Of a stretch of DNA of 64,000 bases, positions 1 to 17,211 are shown one piece after another. The translations under genes were made by a program, and so were the position numbers. The notes under the pieces were generated by a model. The model did not search any database and was not told the DNA's origin. It saw only the letters and a list, made by a program, of their open reading frames with translations. Positions within the stretch are counted from its first letter, which is position 1. Each line of letters starts with the position of its first letter. The stretch comes from the human T2T-CHM13v2.0 reference genome, Homo sapiens, in the NCBI RefSeq assembly GCF_009914755.1, contig NC_060937.1; one strand, given 5' to 3'.

Positions 1-44
1 AAGTTGTCATTATAATATGTTATTTTAAAAGTTATTTTTACTGT

Positions 45-282
45 ATTTATTTCATTTATTGATTGATTTTTACATTGACAAAATTGTAATTCTTATAAAC
101 ATCATGATGTTTTGAAGAATATATACACTGTGGACAGCTAAATCTAGCTAATTGACTATACGTTACTTCACATAGATATCATTTTGGTGGTGAGAATATT
201 TAATCTACTTTCTTAGAATGTTTCAATAATGCAGTATATTGTTATTAACTGTGGTCACCATGTTGTACAAGTACTCTTGAAT
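45..282 (-). mobile_element. Old LINE-1 (L1MA8/9-like) 3' UTR fragment
   Basis: Motifs 'gtggtgagaatatttaatctactttcttag' and 'attaactgtggtcaccatgttgtacaa' resemble the reverse complement of an L1MA 3' end. Confidence 0.7.
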
Positions 283-2344
283 TTTTATAACATTTCAAGA
301 TAATATTTAAAAGAAGTCAAAGAGAATACAGAAAATGTGATGGAAGCTCTCCTTCCTAAATTCTACCTGCCAAGCCACTGGCTCGTGGACAATGAGAGTG
401 ACTGCTGCATCAATATTAATGAACACTAAATATTTCCTTGATGATTTTAATACTAGCTCATTAACTGAACTTTATAATATACTGGGAAGGGCACTTGAAT
501 TGTCTTTCAGTTCTTAAATGTTGAAGTGTGAGTCTGATATTAAATACCCTTGGCACTTGTTATAAATTCCTGCTAAAATACGACTTGAAAGTTGTTTGTA
601 AGTTTAAATGCCATGTAAAATTATTTGGAGAGATTAATTCATCAAATAACCCATAAATTACTGTGGGAGATTAACACATCAAAAAAGTCTAGCAACAAAA
701 TGTGTACCTTTTCCTTGGTATCTGTATGGACATCTAGTAGAATTGTGAAATGGGCCACTTGTTTCTTAAGCACTCTGGTTTTCCCAGTCTCTGTTCACGT
801 TTAATTCTTATTGGAATCCACATACCTTTTCTAGCCACTTGAAATTCTCTTTGCTATGTCAAAACTTGCTTTCACATAGCTCACAAACTTAGGCAGTCTC
901 TGATTTTAATTGGAAAGAAAACCTCAAGTTAAATAAAATGAAATTAAAATCAGTAGGTAAATCAGGATTTGGAGGGGTCTTTTGTATGCTCTAAAATATT
1001 CCCATGGAGGCAATGGTCTAATCTAATTTGCTGAAAGATAAAATATCCAGAAAACACTTTATAGTGCAGTATTGTCCCAGAAAGTACAGACTCCAACTAC
1101 AACATTCAAGAATCAAGGAGATGACATATAACATATATCATAAGCATAGGCTTTCTGAAGTTCTGGCTACAAATATTCTTTTACTTTATTCCCTTAAGCA
1201 CACTTGATCTTACAAGAATTTCATAAGGAAGTGTGTTATAATATTAGTTTTTTATTTTGAAAGATATGTTCACTACTCATTTTGCTAAGAGATCAGTTGG
1301 CCTTGACATCAAACAGTACCCAGAGGCCAAATGGCGACCCAATCCCATTCTAATAAAGTCTTCACAAACATAATTTTATAATTACTTTTCACCTAATTAG
1401 CTATATCAAAGTAGTTGGCCATCATGATCTAACAAGCTTCTTGCTATATGACTGAATAACGTCAGCTATAGTGAAGTAGATTACAATCAGTTATCACAAT
1501 TTATGCTGAATGTACTTAATTATAAAAAATTTGATCTATTCAGGTTTTGTTATAATAAATTTACAAGGTGAAAATTGAACTTTATGAATACTTGCTTAAA
1601 AAGGTAAGAAGAAGTAATACCTTTATTTTTACTTGACTTAGATTGGATGATATTCAACAGTCTTAGGCTACGTGTGTGATGTATCACAAATTATTATTTT
1701 CAATAAAACATTTGTGTGGGCCTTCTAAAATATGGGTTATGATATCTAAAATATTTGATATTCTTACTATAAATTAATAAGAGGTATCCTTTGGAAGATT
1801 GTTCTCATTGCAATATATATCTCATACGTGAAGGACAATATGCTGACCTTTTAAATGAAAAATTTTTTAAATTCTTGGATATATAGTATTTCACTAGAAC
1901 TTCTGATTAAAATTCTCAAACAAAAGTGAGCGTAAATAAAAGAAAGTGATGTATTCTACGTATACATTTTATCAGTTAGAAGGATTGGTTTAAGACGCAT
2001 CAAAGATAGATTTAGTCAGTTTAACAATAGATGATTAAGCAACAGATTCAATAAAGTCTATAAGGTAAAGCGAAGCCACTTTAGGTGAGTTGAGACATCT
2101 CTCTCTATAGTCTTAGGAGCATTTCACCTGGCTATGCATTGTTGAGTGCAAAATTACAGAAGGACTCTCAGCAAAATGTAGTGATGAATAACTCATGATT
2201 AATGACAGTTTATGCTCCTAGGTGGTCATTGGTAGGGTGAGACAAAGAATGTGGTAAAGCTCCATATTTTCCATTATTTTGGTTAATAATATACAGAATG
2301 AAAGCCCAAGATGGTATTGAAATCTTTGTGAACCTAAGATATGG

Positions 2345-2541
2345 ACATTTTTTTTTCTACCTAGGGAATATTTGGCCATGTATAAAGATAATTTTGGTTG
2401 TCACAGATGAGGGGAATGTTACCAGCATCTAGTAGGTAGAGGCCAGGAATGCAGCTAAATATCCTATGGTGCTGGGACAGCTCCCTCACAACATAGAATT
2501 ATCCAGCCCCACGTCATTAACACTGAGATTGAGAATCTCTG
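2345..2541 (+). mobile_element. MER20 hAT-Charlie DNA transposon relic
   Basis: 'ttttggttgtcaca...catctagtaggtagaggccaggaatgcagctaaatatccta...agaattatccagccc...gagattgagaatctctg' follows the MER20 consensus. Confidence 0.85.
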
Positions 2542-2967
2542 CTTTAGAGCTAAGAGAGCCTCTTTAGAATGAGCAGAGAAATGAAAAAAAAAATGAAACT
2601 AGGTGTAAAGATGGAAGTTTTCAGGAAAATCGCCCTTTAAACTACTACATTTACAAAGTGAACCATTAGGGAGGATAGGCAGAGACAATGAATTGCTGTC
2701 AGATATTAAATAGCCACTAGCAATGGAAATTCAAAGTCAGTTGGAGAGGATAGCCAGATACTAAGTAAAATCAAATTTGCCTTGAATATAAAATAATCAC
2801 ATACTGTAAGATAGGGAAGTTTATCATGACATCTTGTCAGGGAAAAATACAGTGCTTTGAAATTTTAATTTGAAGAGAGACCTGTTTTTGTCATAGAGTT
2901 TAGAAGCACAGCCCTTTTACCCTCACAAAAGCCTAAGTAGAAGCATGATTTTATCTTACTATATATC

Positions 2968-5790
<2,823 letters not shown>

Positions 5791-6511
5791 GAAAACTTCC
5801 AGTTCAAAAATGGCACTATAGAAAAGGAAGCTGACTTCACTCTCTCACATGAAAAATAAAAATCAATATACAGAACTGAGATTGTCACCAGTATTATCCC
5901 ATAACTCAAATATTAGGAGGAGACAGTTCTTGGGGCCACAGAGAAATGAGAAAACCTCAAGCAGATAATAAAATAATTGCATATCTATATCTGCAATGCC
6001 CCTCATCATAATCTGTCCAGCAACAAGTATGTGAAAAATGTCCCCCCAGTCACAGTTTCTACACAGGAAAAATGAGATTTAGGTGAACAACCAGCTTTCC
6101 CACCATATTGGGATCCCTGGCAGGAGATCTGTCTCTGTCTCAACCCATAGGAAGCCTTGGGAGTACCCGAAAGGAGAAATATCCCTAAAGATAGCCAGAG
6201 ATAAAGACAGGAGTTGGAATTACCATCCCTAACCCCACTCTGCTCTGTAACTCACACAAAGGAGATGCCAAGTCAGTGGCTACTCAGCAGCAGCATGCAA
6301 TACAAAAAGTGTTCCATGGGGCCCCTGCACATGAACCCATTGCCAGCCTTCTCACATTACTGGAATAAGCCCTTTTGGACTTCCCCATCCAAAAGAGATG
6401 GCACTTTGATTGTTAACTACAATGGAGGCAAACCTGGGATTATGGCACCATTTAGTGCCTAAAAGAGATCTTAGTGGGAAAAAAAGGAAAGAAAATCGAT
6501 GGGTAAATTAC

Positions 6512-6543
<32 letters not shown>

Positions 6544-9500
6544 AAACAAAACTCTAAGCAAAATACCCAATAAAAACCAACATAATCCAGATAAAGAAGA
6601 CTGGAATAGGCATCTATTTTGTCAATGCAAATATATAGATGTATATCCACAAAAAACAACAGCAAACACAGACCCATGACCTTCATAAATGGACAAAGCA
6701 AGGAACCAGTGACTGACCCTAAGGAGACTATGGTATGTAAACTTTCTGACCAAAAATTTAAACTAGTGGTTTAAAACAAATTCAGTTATGTCCAAAAGAA
6801 AACAGAAAAGCAATTCGGAAATTTATCAGAGAAACTTAACAAAGAGAGTGAAGTAAATAAAAAATCAAACAGAAATCTTTGAGCTGAGAAATATATATGC
6901 TGAACTGAAAAATTCATTAGAGTATCTCAACAGCAGAATGGAATCAGTGAGGTCACAGGCAGGCTATTGGAAAGCACACAAAGGATAAAAATAGATAAAA
7001 AGCAAAGGAATAAAGATTATCTATAAGGTATAGCAAATTTCCTCTACAGATCAAATCTGAGAATTAGTGTTCAAGAGGGCATTGAGCAATAGCAAGGGGG
7101 AGAAAGCTTATTCAAATAAACAATAAGAGAAAACATTTCAAAACTTGAGAAAGAGGTAAATCTAGATACAGGAAGGTCAGATAACACCAAACACATTTGA
7201 CTCAAATAAGACTACTGCAAGGCATCAAACTCTCAAAGGTCAAGGACAAAGAGAGAATCCTGAAAGGAGCAAGAGAAAAGAAACAGAATATATATATATA
7301 AGTATATACATATATATATATACGTATATATACATATATACACACACATATATATACATATATACATATATATACACACATATGTATACACATATGTATA
7401 TATATACGTATATATATACACACACACACATATATATATATACACACACACAGTCTCCAATTAGGATGGAAACTCACTTCTTAATGGAAAACATACAGTC
7501 CAGGAGAGCGTATGACTTTTCCAAAGTGCTGAAAGAAAAAAAGCTGCTATCCAACAATACTGTATCCAGAAAAGCTATCCTTCAAATATAAAAAGAGATA
7601 AAGTCTTTCCCAGAAAAACAAGAGCTTGAGAATTTACCACCACTGAATCTGTCTTATAAAAAAGGTTCTATCTTTCAATCTGAAAGAAAAAAACACTAAT
7701 ATGCAAACATAAAACAACTGAAGGTATAAAACCTGCTAGTAAAAGTAAGCATGTCGACAAATTCAGAATACTCTAATCTGCAATTGTGAGGTGCAATCCA
7801 CTCATAACACTATATGAAGCCCCGAAGATAAACTCATCAAAAACAATAATAGCCACAACAATCTGTTAAGAGATAGGCAATATAAAAATATGTAAATTGA
7901 AACAGCATAAAATCAAAATGTGAGGAGATGGTATTAAAATATAAAAATTTTTGTCTTTATTTGCTTCTATTCATTTCTCTGTCATTGAAGATAAGTTATT
8001 TCTTTAAAATAACTTTTTCTATCTATAAGATATTTTTGTAAGCCTTGTGGTAACCAATATACAAAAATCTGTAATCACTAAAAATAGAAAGCAATGAATT
8101 AAAACATACTACTGGAAAGAATCATTTAACCGCAAATGAAGACAGTAAGAAAGGAAGAAAGGAAGGCTCGAGTTACAAAAAAGCCAGAAAACAAGCTACA
8201 AAATGGCAGCAGTTTTTTTTTTATCAATAAGAACACTGAATGTAAATGGATTCAATTCTCCAATTAAAAGGCATAGAATGGCTGAGTGCTTAAAGAAACA
8301 ACACTCGGGTATATGCTGTGTACAAGAAACCTACTTCACATATGAAGACACACATAAACTTAGAGAAAAGGGATGGAAATAGATATTCCATGAAACAGAA
8401 ACCAAAAAAGACCAGGAGAAACCATACTTATGTTAGATACAATAGACTACAAATCAAAGACTGTAAAAGGAGACAAAAAAGATCACTATATGATAATAAA
8501 GAGGTCAATACAGCAAGAGGATATAACAATTATAAATGTCTATGCACTCAACACTGGACCTCCCAAGCAAACATTAATAGATCTAAAAGGAGAGACAACT
8601 GCAATAAAATAATAGTAGGGGACTTGAACAGCCACTCTCAGTAATGGGAAGACCATCCAGAGAGAAAATCAATAAAGAAACATCAGAGTTAGACTACACA
8701 CTAGACCAAATAGGCCTACCTAACATTTGTAGCACATTTCATCCAACTGCTGCAGAATACACATTATTTTCATCAGTACATGGTATATTATCCAGAGTAG
8801 ACCATATCTTAGACCAGAAAACAAGTCTGAACAAATTCAACAAAAGAGAAGTTATATCAAGTATCTTTTCTGGCCACAATGAAGTAAAACTAGAAATCAA
8901 TAACAAGAGGAACACTGGAAACTATACAAGCACAATATAATTAAATAAATAACATGCTGCTGAATGACCAATGGGTCAACAGATTGAAAATGAAAACACA
9001 AAATATTCAAATCTGTAGGATACAGCAAAAGCAGTACAAAGAGGGAAGTTTATGGTAAAAAAAAAGCCTATATTAAAAAATAGAAAAATTTCAATAAACA
9101 ATCTAATTATGTACTTCAAAAGACTAGAAAAGAGCATTAGCTAGAATAACTAAGAAAAAGAGAAGACCCTAAAGTCAGAAACAAAAAGGGAAACATACAG
9201 AGAATCATTAAAGATTATTATGAACAACTATACACTAACAAATCAGAAAACCTAGAAGAAATAGATAAATTCCTGGATATAGACAACTTATCAAGATTGA
9301 ACCATGAAGAAACAGAAAATCTCTACAAACCAATCAATAACAGGAAACAAGTTTAAAGTTGTAACAAAAAGTCTTCTATCAAAGAAAAGCCCAGGACCTA
9401 AAAGCTTCACTCCTGAGTTCTACCAAACATTTAAAGAAGAACTAATACCATATTCTACTCAAAGCTTTCAAAGCTCTGAAGAGGAGGGAACACTTCCAAA

Positions 9501-11172
9501 ATCATTTTACGAGACCAGCATTACCCTGATAATGAAACCAGAGTAGAACACAGCAAAAAAGAAAATGCACAGGCCAATATTATTGGTGAATACAGATGCA
9601 AAAATTCTCAAACACTAGCAAACCAAATTCAACAACACATTAAAATGATCATTTACCATGATCAAGTGGGATTCATCCCAGGGATTCAAGGATGATTCAA
9701 CATATGCAAATCAATAAATATGATACTTCTCATTAACAGAACTAAGAATACAAACCATCTGATCATTTCAATAGATGTTGAGAAAGCATTCAATAAAATT
9801 CAATGTTGCTTTGTGATAACCCTCAATAAACTTGATATAGAGGAAAGATACACATACATATCAATATGATAAATGTCATATATGGCAAATCCACAGATAA
9901 AATCATACTGAATGGAGATAAATTAAAAGGCTTTCCTCTAAGATCTGAAAGAAGACAAGGATGCTCACTTTCACCACTGTTATTCAACAAAACACTGGAA
10001 GTCCTTGCCAGAAGAATTACGAAGAAATAAAAGGCATCCAAATTAAAAAGGAGTAAGTAAAAATAGCCTTGTTTACAGATAACATGGTCTTAGAACTAAA
10101 GACTCCACCAAAAGAAAACTAGTTGAATTGATAAGCAAATTCAGTAAAGTAGCAGAATACAAAATAAACACATCGAATCAATAGCACTGGTGTATACCAA
10201 TAGTGCACAATATGAAAAATGAAGAAAGCAACCCCATTTACAAAAGCCACAAAGAATATAAAATTCCTAAGAATCAATTTAAGAAAAGATAGGGATGATC
10301 TATGCAGGAAAAACTGAAAAACTGGTGAAAGGAATTGAAGAGGATACACAGAAATGGAAAGGCAGTTTATGCTCATTGATTGGAAGAATTAATATTGTTA
10401 AAATGACAATACTATCAGAAGCAATTTACAGATTCAATGCAATCTATCAAAATGCCAATGCAATCTTCACAGAAATAGAAAAAAGAATTCTAAAACTTAT
10501 GTGGAATTACAAAGGATTCTACATAGCCAAAGCAAGTCTGAGCAAAAAGTACAAAGCTGGAGGCGTAACACTACCTGATTTCAAAATTTACTACAAAGCT
10601 GTAGCAATCAAAACAGCATTGTGCTGGCATAAAAGCAAACCAATGGAACAGGATAGAGAACCCAGATATAAATCCGTGTATTTACAGCCAGCTTATTTTC
10701 AACAAAGTTCCCAAGAGCTTAAACTAAGGAAAGAAATCTTCTTCAATAAATGGTGCTGGGAAAACTAGATAACCCTATGAGGAAGAGTGAAGCTAGACCC
10801 TTATCTCTTGCCATATACAAAAATAAAATCAAAATGGATTAAAGATTTAAATCTAAGAACTCAATCTATGAAACTATTTGAAGAAAACATTGGGGAAGTG
10901 CTCCAAGACATTAAGCAATTTTTTTCTGTATAAAATATCTAAAGCACAGACAACCAAATCAAAAACAGACGATTAGGATTACATCAAGCTAAAAAGTTTC
11001 TGCAGAGCAAAGGAAACAGTCAACAAAGTGAAGAAATAACCCACAGAACAGGAGAAAATGTTTGCCAACTATCAATTCATCAAGGAATTAATAACCAGAA
11101 TATATGAGAAACACAACTCAATGGCAAAAAAAATGTAATTAGATTCAAAAATGAGCAAAATATCTGAATACA
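5791..11172 (+). mobile_element. Full-length-origin L1MA (L1MA4-6-like), 5' part: 5' UTR, decayed ORF1 and ORF2
   Basis: 5' start 'cttccagttcaaaaatggc'; ORF1-like coiled-coil/RRM remnants at ~6620-7700; ORF2 endonuclease remnants (8430..8612 IQQEDITIINVYA; 8644..8940 YTLFSSVHGILSRVDHIL), 9304..9546 (KKSPGP..FTPEFYQTFKEEL) and 10295..10768 (LPDFKIYYKA, FNKWCWEN). Breaks at 11172 and resumes at 20200. Confidence 0.9.
7288..7452. repeat. Compound (TA)n/(TACA)n/(CA)n microsatellite inside L1 ORF1
   Basis: About 165 bp of almost uninterrupted purine-pyrimidine alternation, seen directly. Confidence 0.98.
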
Positions 11173-11884
11173 GCTTGCTTTTCCAAGATGGCAGAAGTTT
11201 TTTAGCGTCTCTCAGACACTTGGAAATGGCAAGATAGTACATAAAGATCAACTCTCTGATCTTTAATTCAATAGGGAAAACAGGAACTCACTAAAATTGT
11301 GAAGGAAACCTCAGATCTCTGGGAAGAGAATGCAGGCAAACCGTCCCCGTGACAGCATCGAACTGGTGTGAGTGAAGGCCCCATATGTGAGAGAGGCAGA
11401 GAGCCTCCCTCTGTGACCGACTCACCTTTCCACTGGGGATCTGAGCAACCCAGGCTGAGGAAGAGCACTTTGTCTCTTAAACTCTGGAGCTAACTTAGGG
11501 AGAGGCTTGGAGAGACTATGAGAGAAAGACCCCGGGAAAAGCTGCAGAATTTTCCCAAACCCAAGAATAAGTGCAGGATGCCATTTTGATTGCAGGCACA
11601 TACAAAGTCAGCCATTCTTTGGTCACCCAGCAGTGTGATCATACAGGCATTTTAGTCTTGGGGCAGAGCTTAGAGGGCCTAATCTGAAGTGTGGTAGAGG
11701 CCTCCACAACCAGAACTGTGGAAAATACCTTAGCAGTAGGCAAAAGAATTGTGCTCTCCCCCAGCCAGACCTGGTGTAGAAGGAGAGCTGCTACAGCTTC
11801 AGTTTTTCCTAGACGATGAGACTTGCTGTAAGGTCCAGATTGGTCACCTGGAACTGGTCTGCTTGTGTCCCTGCTGGGTGCCCT

Positions 11885-12400
11885 AGCCTGAACCCCTGAG
11901 ATTATGGTACAGTGGGGCCCTCTCTGCTCCATCCCCAGGCAGAAATTTAGGCATCTGGAACACGGGCTTGTCTGAACCAGCAGGTGAGTTGCCCTATCCT
12001 CCCTGGCATAGATTGTAGTGCCATGAAGCCCTTTTCACTTCATGCCTAGGCAGATCTCCAGGCATTTGCAGCACCTGCTCACACTGACTGGCAGCCTGAG
12101 TTGTCCCACCCTTCCTGTGCAGAGATCTTGTGCAGTCGGGCCCTCTCCGCTCTGTCCCCAAGCAGATCTCCATGCATCTGGAGCAGCCACTCACCTGGAT
12201 CAGCAGCTTGAATTTTCCAACCCTTCCTACATATAGATGATGGTGCATTGGGGCTCTCTCTGCTGTAAGCCCAGGCAGAGCTCTAGGAATTGGGAGCACC
12301 CACTCTCCTGAATTAAGAATTTAGGCTGCCCCCTATTCCCATGCAGAGAACTTGAGAAAGATCTTTCAGCTCCATGCCTAGGCATACCTCTGGGTGATTG
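11885..12400 (+). repeat. Degenerate ~112-bp tandem monomer array (about 5 units) in the L1 5' UTR
   Basis: The motif 'cc(c/t)a(g/a)gca(g/t)a...' recurs at about 11937, 12048, 12161, 12273 and 12380. Confidence 0.8.
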
Positions 12401-15400
12401 GAGGTTACCCACTGGATTCTACCTTGGTGCTGGTGCTTATGCCTGCCACTGGGGGATCTGTAGGTGAACCTTCCTGGTCTGACCCTGCCCATCTTGCCAC
12501 ACATCCCCCCAAGAGAGGTGGGAGCTCAGACCACTGGGAACTCCACAAATCAGACCATTAATGAGGCAACTGGGAGTATCTCCCGTTAAACAAAGATAAA
12601 GTATATACCTAGCTGTGTTGGCCACAGCTGGCTTTTACCCATAAGCACAATATACTGGCTTGTAAGTCAAACTGCACAGCCTAATATAAAGCTTGTTGAC
12701 AGAAGTGCACAGGGCTATAGAAGCAAAGCCAAAAGACCCTACCCAGCATTCTCTACAGCCACACACCTGAGGAAAGGAGGAGGGAAAGAAGGAAAAAAAA
12801 CTCAATATTATAGGGAAATAAAGAAAAAGAAAAAATCCTACCCACATATAAATTATTATAAAAATTAGAAGTGCCAACATCTCCAGATAAGAAGAGACCA
12901 GCACAAGGATTCTGGCACCATGAAAAATCTGAGTGTAGTGACATCACCAAAAGATCACACTCACTCCCCAGCAATGGGGCGTAACCAAAATGGAAACTCA
13001 GATGTGACAGAAAAAGACTTCAAAATATAGATTGCAAGGAAGCTCAATGAGATCCAAGAAAAGATTGAAAATAAACACAAAGAAATTTCTAAAGCAATCC
13101 TGGAAATGCAGGAAGAGATGAATATCTTAAAAAGTAATCTGAGCTTATGGAATTGAAAAACTGACTTAAATAATTTCAAAATACAATGGAAAGCTTTATC
13201 AATGGACTGGATCAAGTAGAAGAATTTCAGAGCTTAAAGACTGGTCTTTCAAACTAAGTCAGTCAAAAGTAAAGAAAAAATAATTTAAAAAAATGAGCAA
13301 AGTCTGTAATAAATATGGGATTATCTAAAGTGACCAAACCTGTGATGAGAGAGAGGGAGAAAAAGAAAACAACCCAGAAAACATGAGGGGATAATTCAAG
13401 AAAATTTTCTCTAATCTCTCTACAGAGGTAGCCATCCAGATACAGGAATTCCAGACATCACCAGTGAAATACTATATTAAAAAAACCCACCAAGGCATAG
13501 TCAGCAGACCATCCAAGGTCAATGCCAAAGAAAAAAAATCTCAAAGGCATCTAGAGAAAAAGGTCAGATCAGGTACAAAGGGAACCCCTTAGGCTAACAG
13601 TGGACTTCTCAGCAGAAACCTTAAAAGCTAGGAAAGACTGAGGGTCCGCTTTCAGTGTTCTTAAAGAAAAGAAATTCCAACCAAGAATTTCTTATCCCAT
13701 CAAACCAAGTTTCATAAGCAAAGGAGAAATAAAATATTTTCCAGATAAAAAATGCTAAGGGAATTCACTACCACTAGACAAACCTTACAATAGAACATTG
13801 AGGGAGTTCTAAACATGGAAATGAAAGAATGCTACCTGCTGCCACAAAAACACATATAAATACATACCCCGCAGACTGTATAAAGCATCTACACAATAGA
13901 AACTACTAAACAACAAACTAACCACTTCATGATAAGATCAAAACCTCATATATTGATATTAACCTTAAATGTAAGTGGTCTAAATGCCCCCACTTGAAAG
14001 GCACAGAGTGACAAGTTAGATTACAAAAGCAAGGCCCATCTGTCTGCTGTAAGAGACCCAGCTTATACATGAAGACACTTATAAGGCAATACATAATGAC
14101 AAAAGTTTCAATTCAACAAGAAGACTTAACTATTCTAAATATATATGTACACAAAATTGGAGCACCCAGATTAACAAAACAAGTACTAGTAGACCTATGA
14201 AAAGACCTAGACAGCTACACAATAATAGTGGGGGACTTCAATACCCCGCTGAAAGCATTTGACAGATCAATGAGGCAGAGAGCTAACAAAGAAATTCTGG
14301 ACTTAGTCTCACTTTTGAGCAAATGAATCTAATGAATGTCGACAGACTACTCCACCCATCAAATACAGAATATACATTTTTCTCATCTGCACATAGAATG
14401 TACTCAAATATTGACCACATGCAAGGCCATACAGCAAGCCTCAATAAATTCAAAGTAATGAAAATTATACTAACCATTCTCTCAAACCACAGTGGAATAA
14501 AAAATAGAAATCAATACCAAGACAATCTCTCAAAAACACACAATTATATGGAAATTAAACAACTTGCTCCTGAATGACTTTTGGGTAAACAATGAAATTA
14601 AGCAATAAAAAATTTTTAACTAAATTAAAACAAAGACACAACATACCACAATCTCTGGGATGCAAAAAAAAAAAAAAAAAAAAGAAAAGAAAAACAAAAA
14701 AACAGCGTTAAGGGAACATTTATAGAGCTAAAAGCCTATTTGAAAAGTTATAGAGATCTAAAATTAATGATATCCATCTAGAGGAACTAGATTTCTAAAT
14801 TTTGGGATTAATTCTGAAATTAAATTAGTAATAAAACCTACCAACCAAAAAAAGCCCAGGCAAGATAGATTCACAGCCAAATTCTACCACATGTAACAAG
14901 AAACCTAGTACCAATCCTACTGAAACTATTCAAAATATCCAAGGAGGAGGGACTCCATCATAACTAATTCTATGAAACCAACATCACCCTGATAACAAAA
15001 CCTGGCAAAGAAGCAATGAAAAAAAGAACTGTAGGCCAATATCCCTGATGAACACAAATGCAAAAATTCCCAACAATATACTAGCAAAATAGATCCAGCA
15101 GCACATTAAAAAGTTATTTTATCCTGACCAACTAATCTTCATCCCTTGGATGCAAGATTGGTTCAACATACCCCAATTAATAAATGTGATTCACTACATA
15201 AACAGAATTTTAAAACCATATGCTCACAATTATGTGGAAAAAGCTTTGGATAAAATCCAATATCCCTTCATGAAAAAAACTCTCAAGAAACGAGACATCA
15301 AAGGAATGTACCTCAAAAATAAAAGTCACCTATGACAAACCCACAGCCAACATCATACTGAATGGGCAAAAACTAGAACCATTCCCATGGAGAAATGGAA

Positions 15401-17211
15401 TGTCCAGTTCCATCACAAGGATGTCCACTCTCATAATGCCTACTCAATATGGTTTTGGAAGACCTTCCCAGAGCAATCAGGAAAAAGAAAAAAGTAAAAG
15501 CCATCTAAATAGCAAAAAGAGGAGAAACATCTCTTTTTGCTGATGATATGATCCTGAACCCAGAAAAGCCTAGAGACCTCACCAAAAGACTCCTGGAACT
15601 GATAAAGGACTTCAGAAAAGTTTTAGAATACAAAATCAATGAACAAAAATCACTAGCAATTTTATACACCAATAACATTCAAGCTGAGAGCCAAATCAGG
15701 AACACAACTCCATTTACAACAGCCACAGACACAGACACAGAGAGACACACACACAATACCTAGAAATACGTCTAACAAAGCAAAGAAAGATCTCACAAGG
15801 AAAACTACAAAACACTGCTGAAAGAAATCATAGATGACACAAACACATGTTAAATATATTTCATGCTTATGGATAGGAAGAATCAATACCATTAAAATGG
15901 CCATACAGTCCAAATCAATCTACAGATTCAATGCTATTTCTATCAAGTTACCAATATCATGTTCACAGAACTAAAAAAAAATTCTAAAATTCATATGGAA
16001 CCAAAAAATAAAGCCAAAGCAACCCTAAGCAAAACAAGGCCAGATGCGTCATGTTACCTGACTTGAAACTATACTATAAGGCTACAGCAACCAAAACAGT
16101 ATGTGGTTGGTGTAGAAACAGACACATAGACCAATGGAACAGAATAGAAACTCAGAAATCAAGCTTCACATCTACAGCCATCTTATTTTTTGAGAAAGTT
16201 GACAAAAATAAGCAATGGGGGAAAAACTCTCTATTCAATAAATGGTGCTGGGATAGCTTGCTAGCCATATGTGAAAGAATGAAATTAGTTTCCTACCTCT
16301 CACCATATATAAAAATTAAGATGGATTAAAGATTTAAATGTAAGACCTCAGTCTATAAGACTCCTAGAAGGAAGCCTAGGAGACACCATTCTGGACATCA
16401 GCCTTGGGAAAAAATTTATGTTTAAGTCCTCAAAAACAATTACATTAAAAACAAAATTGACAAGTGAAACCTGGTTAAATCAAAGAGCTTCTGCACATTA
16501 AAATACACTATCAAGAGAGTAAATAGAAAATCTACAGAAAGGGAGAAAATATTTTCAAATGGTGCATCCAACAAAGGTCTAATATCCAGAATCTATAAGG
16601 AACTTAAACAATTGCACAAACAAAAAACACATAACTGCATTAAATGTGGGCAAAGTACATGAACAGAAACTTACCAAAAGAAAACACACAAGTTGCCAAC
16701 AAACATGAAAGAAATGCTCATCATCACAAATCATTAAAGAAATGCAAATCAAAACCACAATAAGATGTCATCTCATACCACTCAGAACGGTTATTGTTCA
16801 AGTAAAAAAAAAAACAAATGTTGACATGGATATGGAGAAAAGGGAATGTTTATACACTATTGCTTGGAATGTAAATTAGTGGAGCCACTATGGAAAGCAG
16901 TTTGGAGGTTTATAAAAGAACTCAATACAGAGTTACCATTTGACCAGCAATCCCATTACTGAGTATATATCAAGAATAAAATAAATCATTCCATCAAAAA
17001 AAAACACATGCACTCATATGTTTATCACAGCAAAGATGTGGAATCAACATAAGTGCCCATTGATGGTGGACCAGATAAAATGTGGCACGTGTAAAACATG
17101 GAATACTATGCAGCTATAAAAAGAATGAAATCATGTCCTTTGTGGCAACATGGATGCAGCTGAAGGCCATTATCCTAAGCAAATTAACACAGAAACAGAA
17201 AACCAAATACT

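Noticed and set aside
1530-1615. Possible micro-exon (ttcag|...aaaag|gtaaga)
   Set aside because: The polypyrimidine tract is weak and there is no recognisable peptide or partner exon. Such motifs are expected by chance.
7202-7591. Tyr/Ile/Val/Cys-rich ORFs
   Set aside because: They are translations of the TA/CA microsatellite.
11885-12400. Regularly spaced repeats as a CRISPR-like array
   Set aside because: The whole ~112-bp unit is repeated and degenerate, with no unique spacers or cas genes, in a eukaryotic L1 5' UTR.
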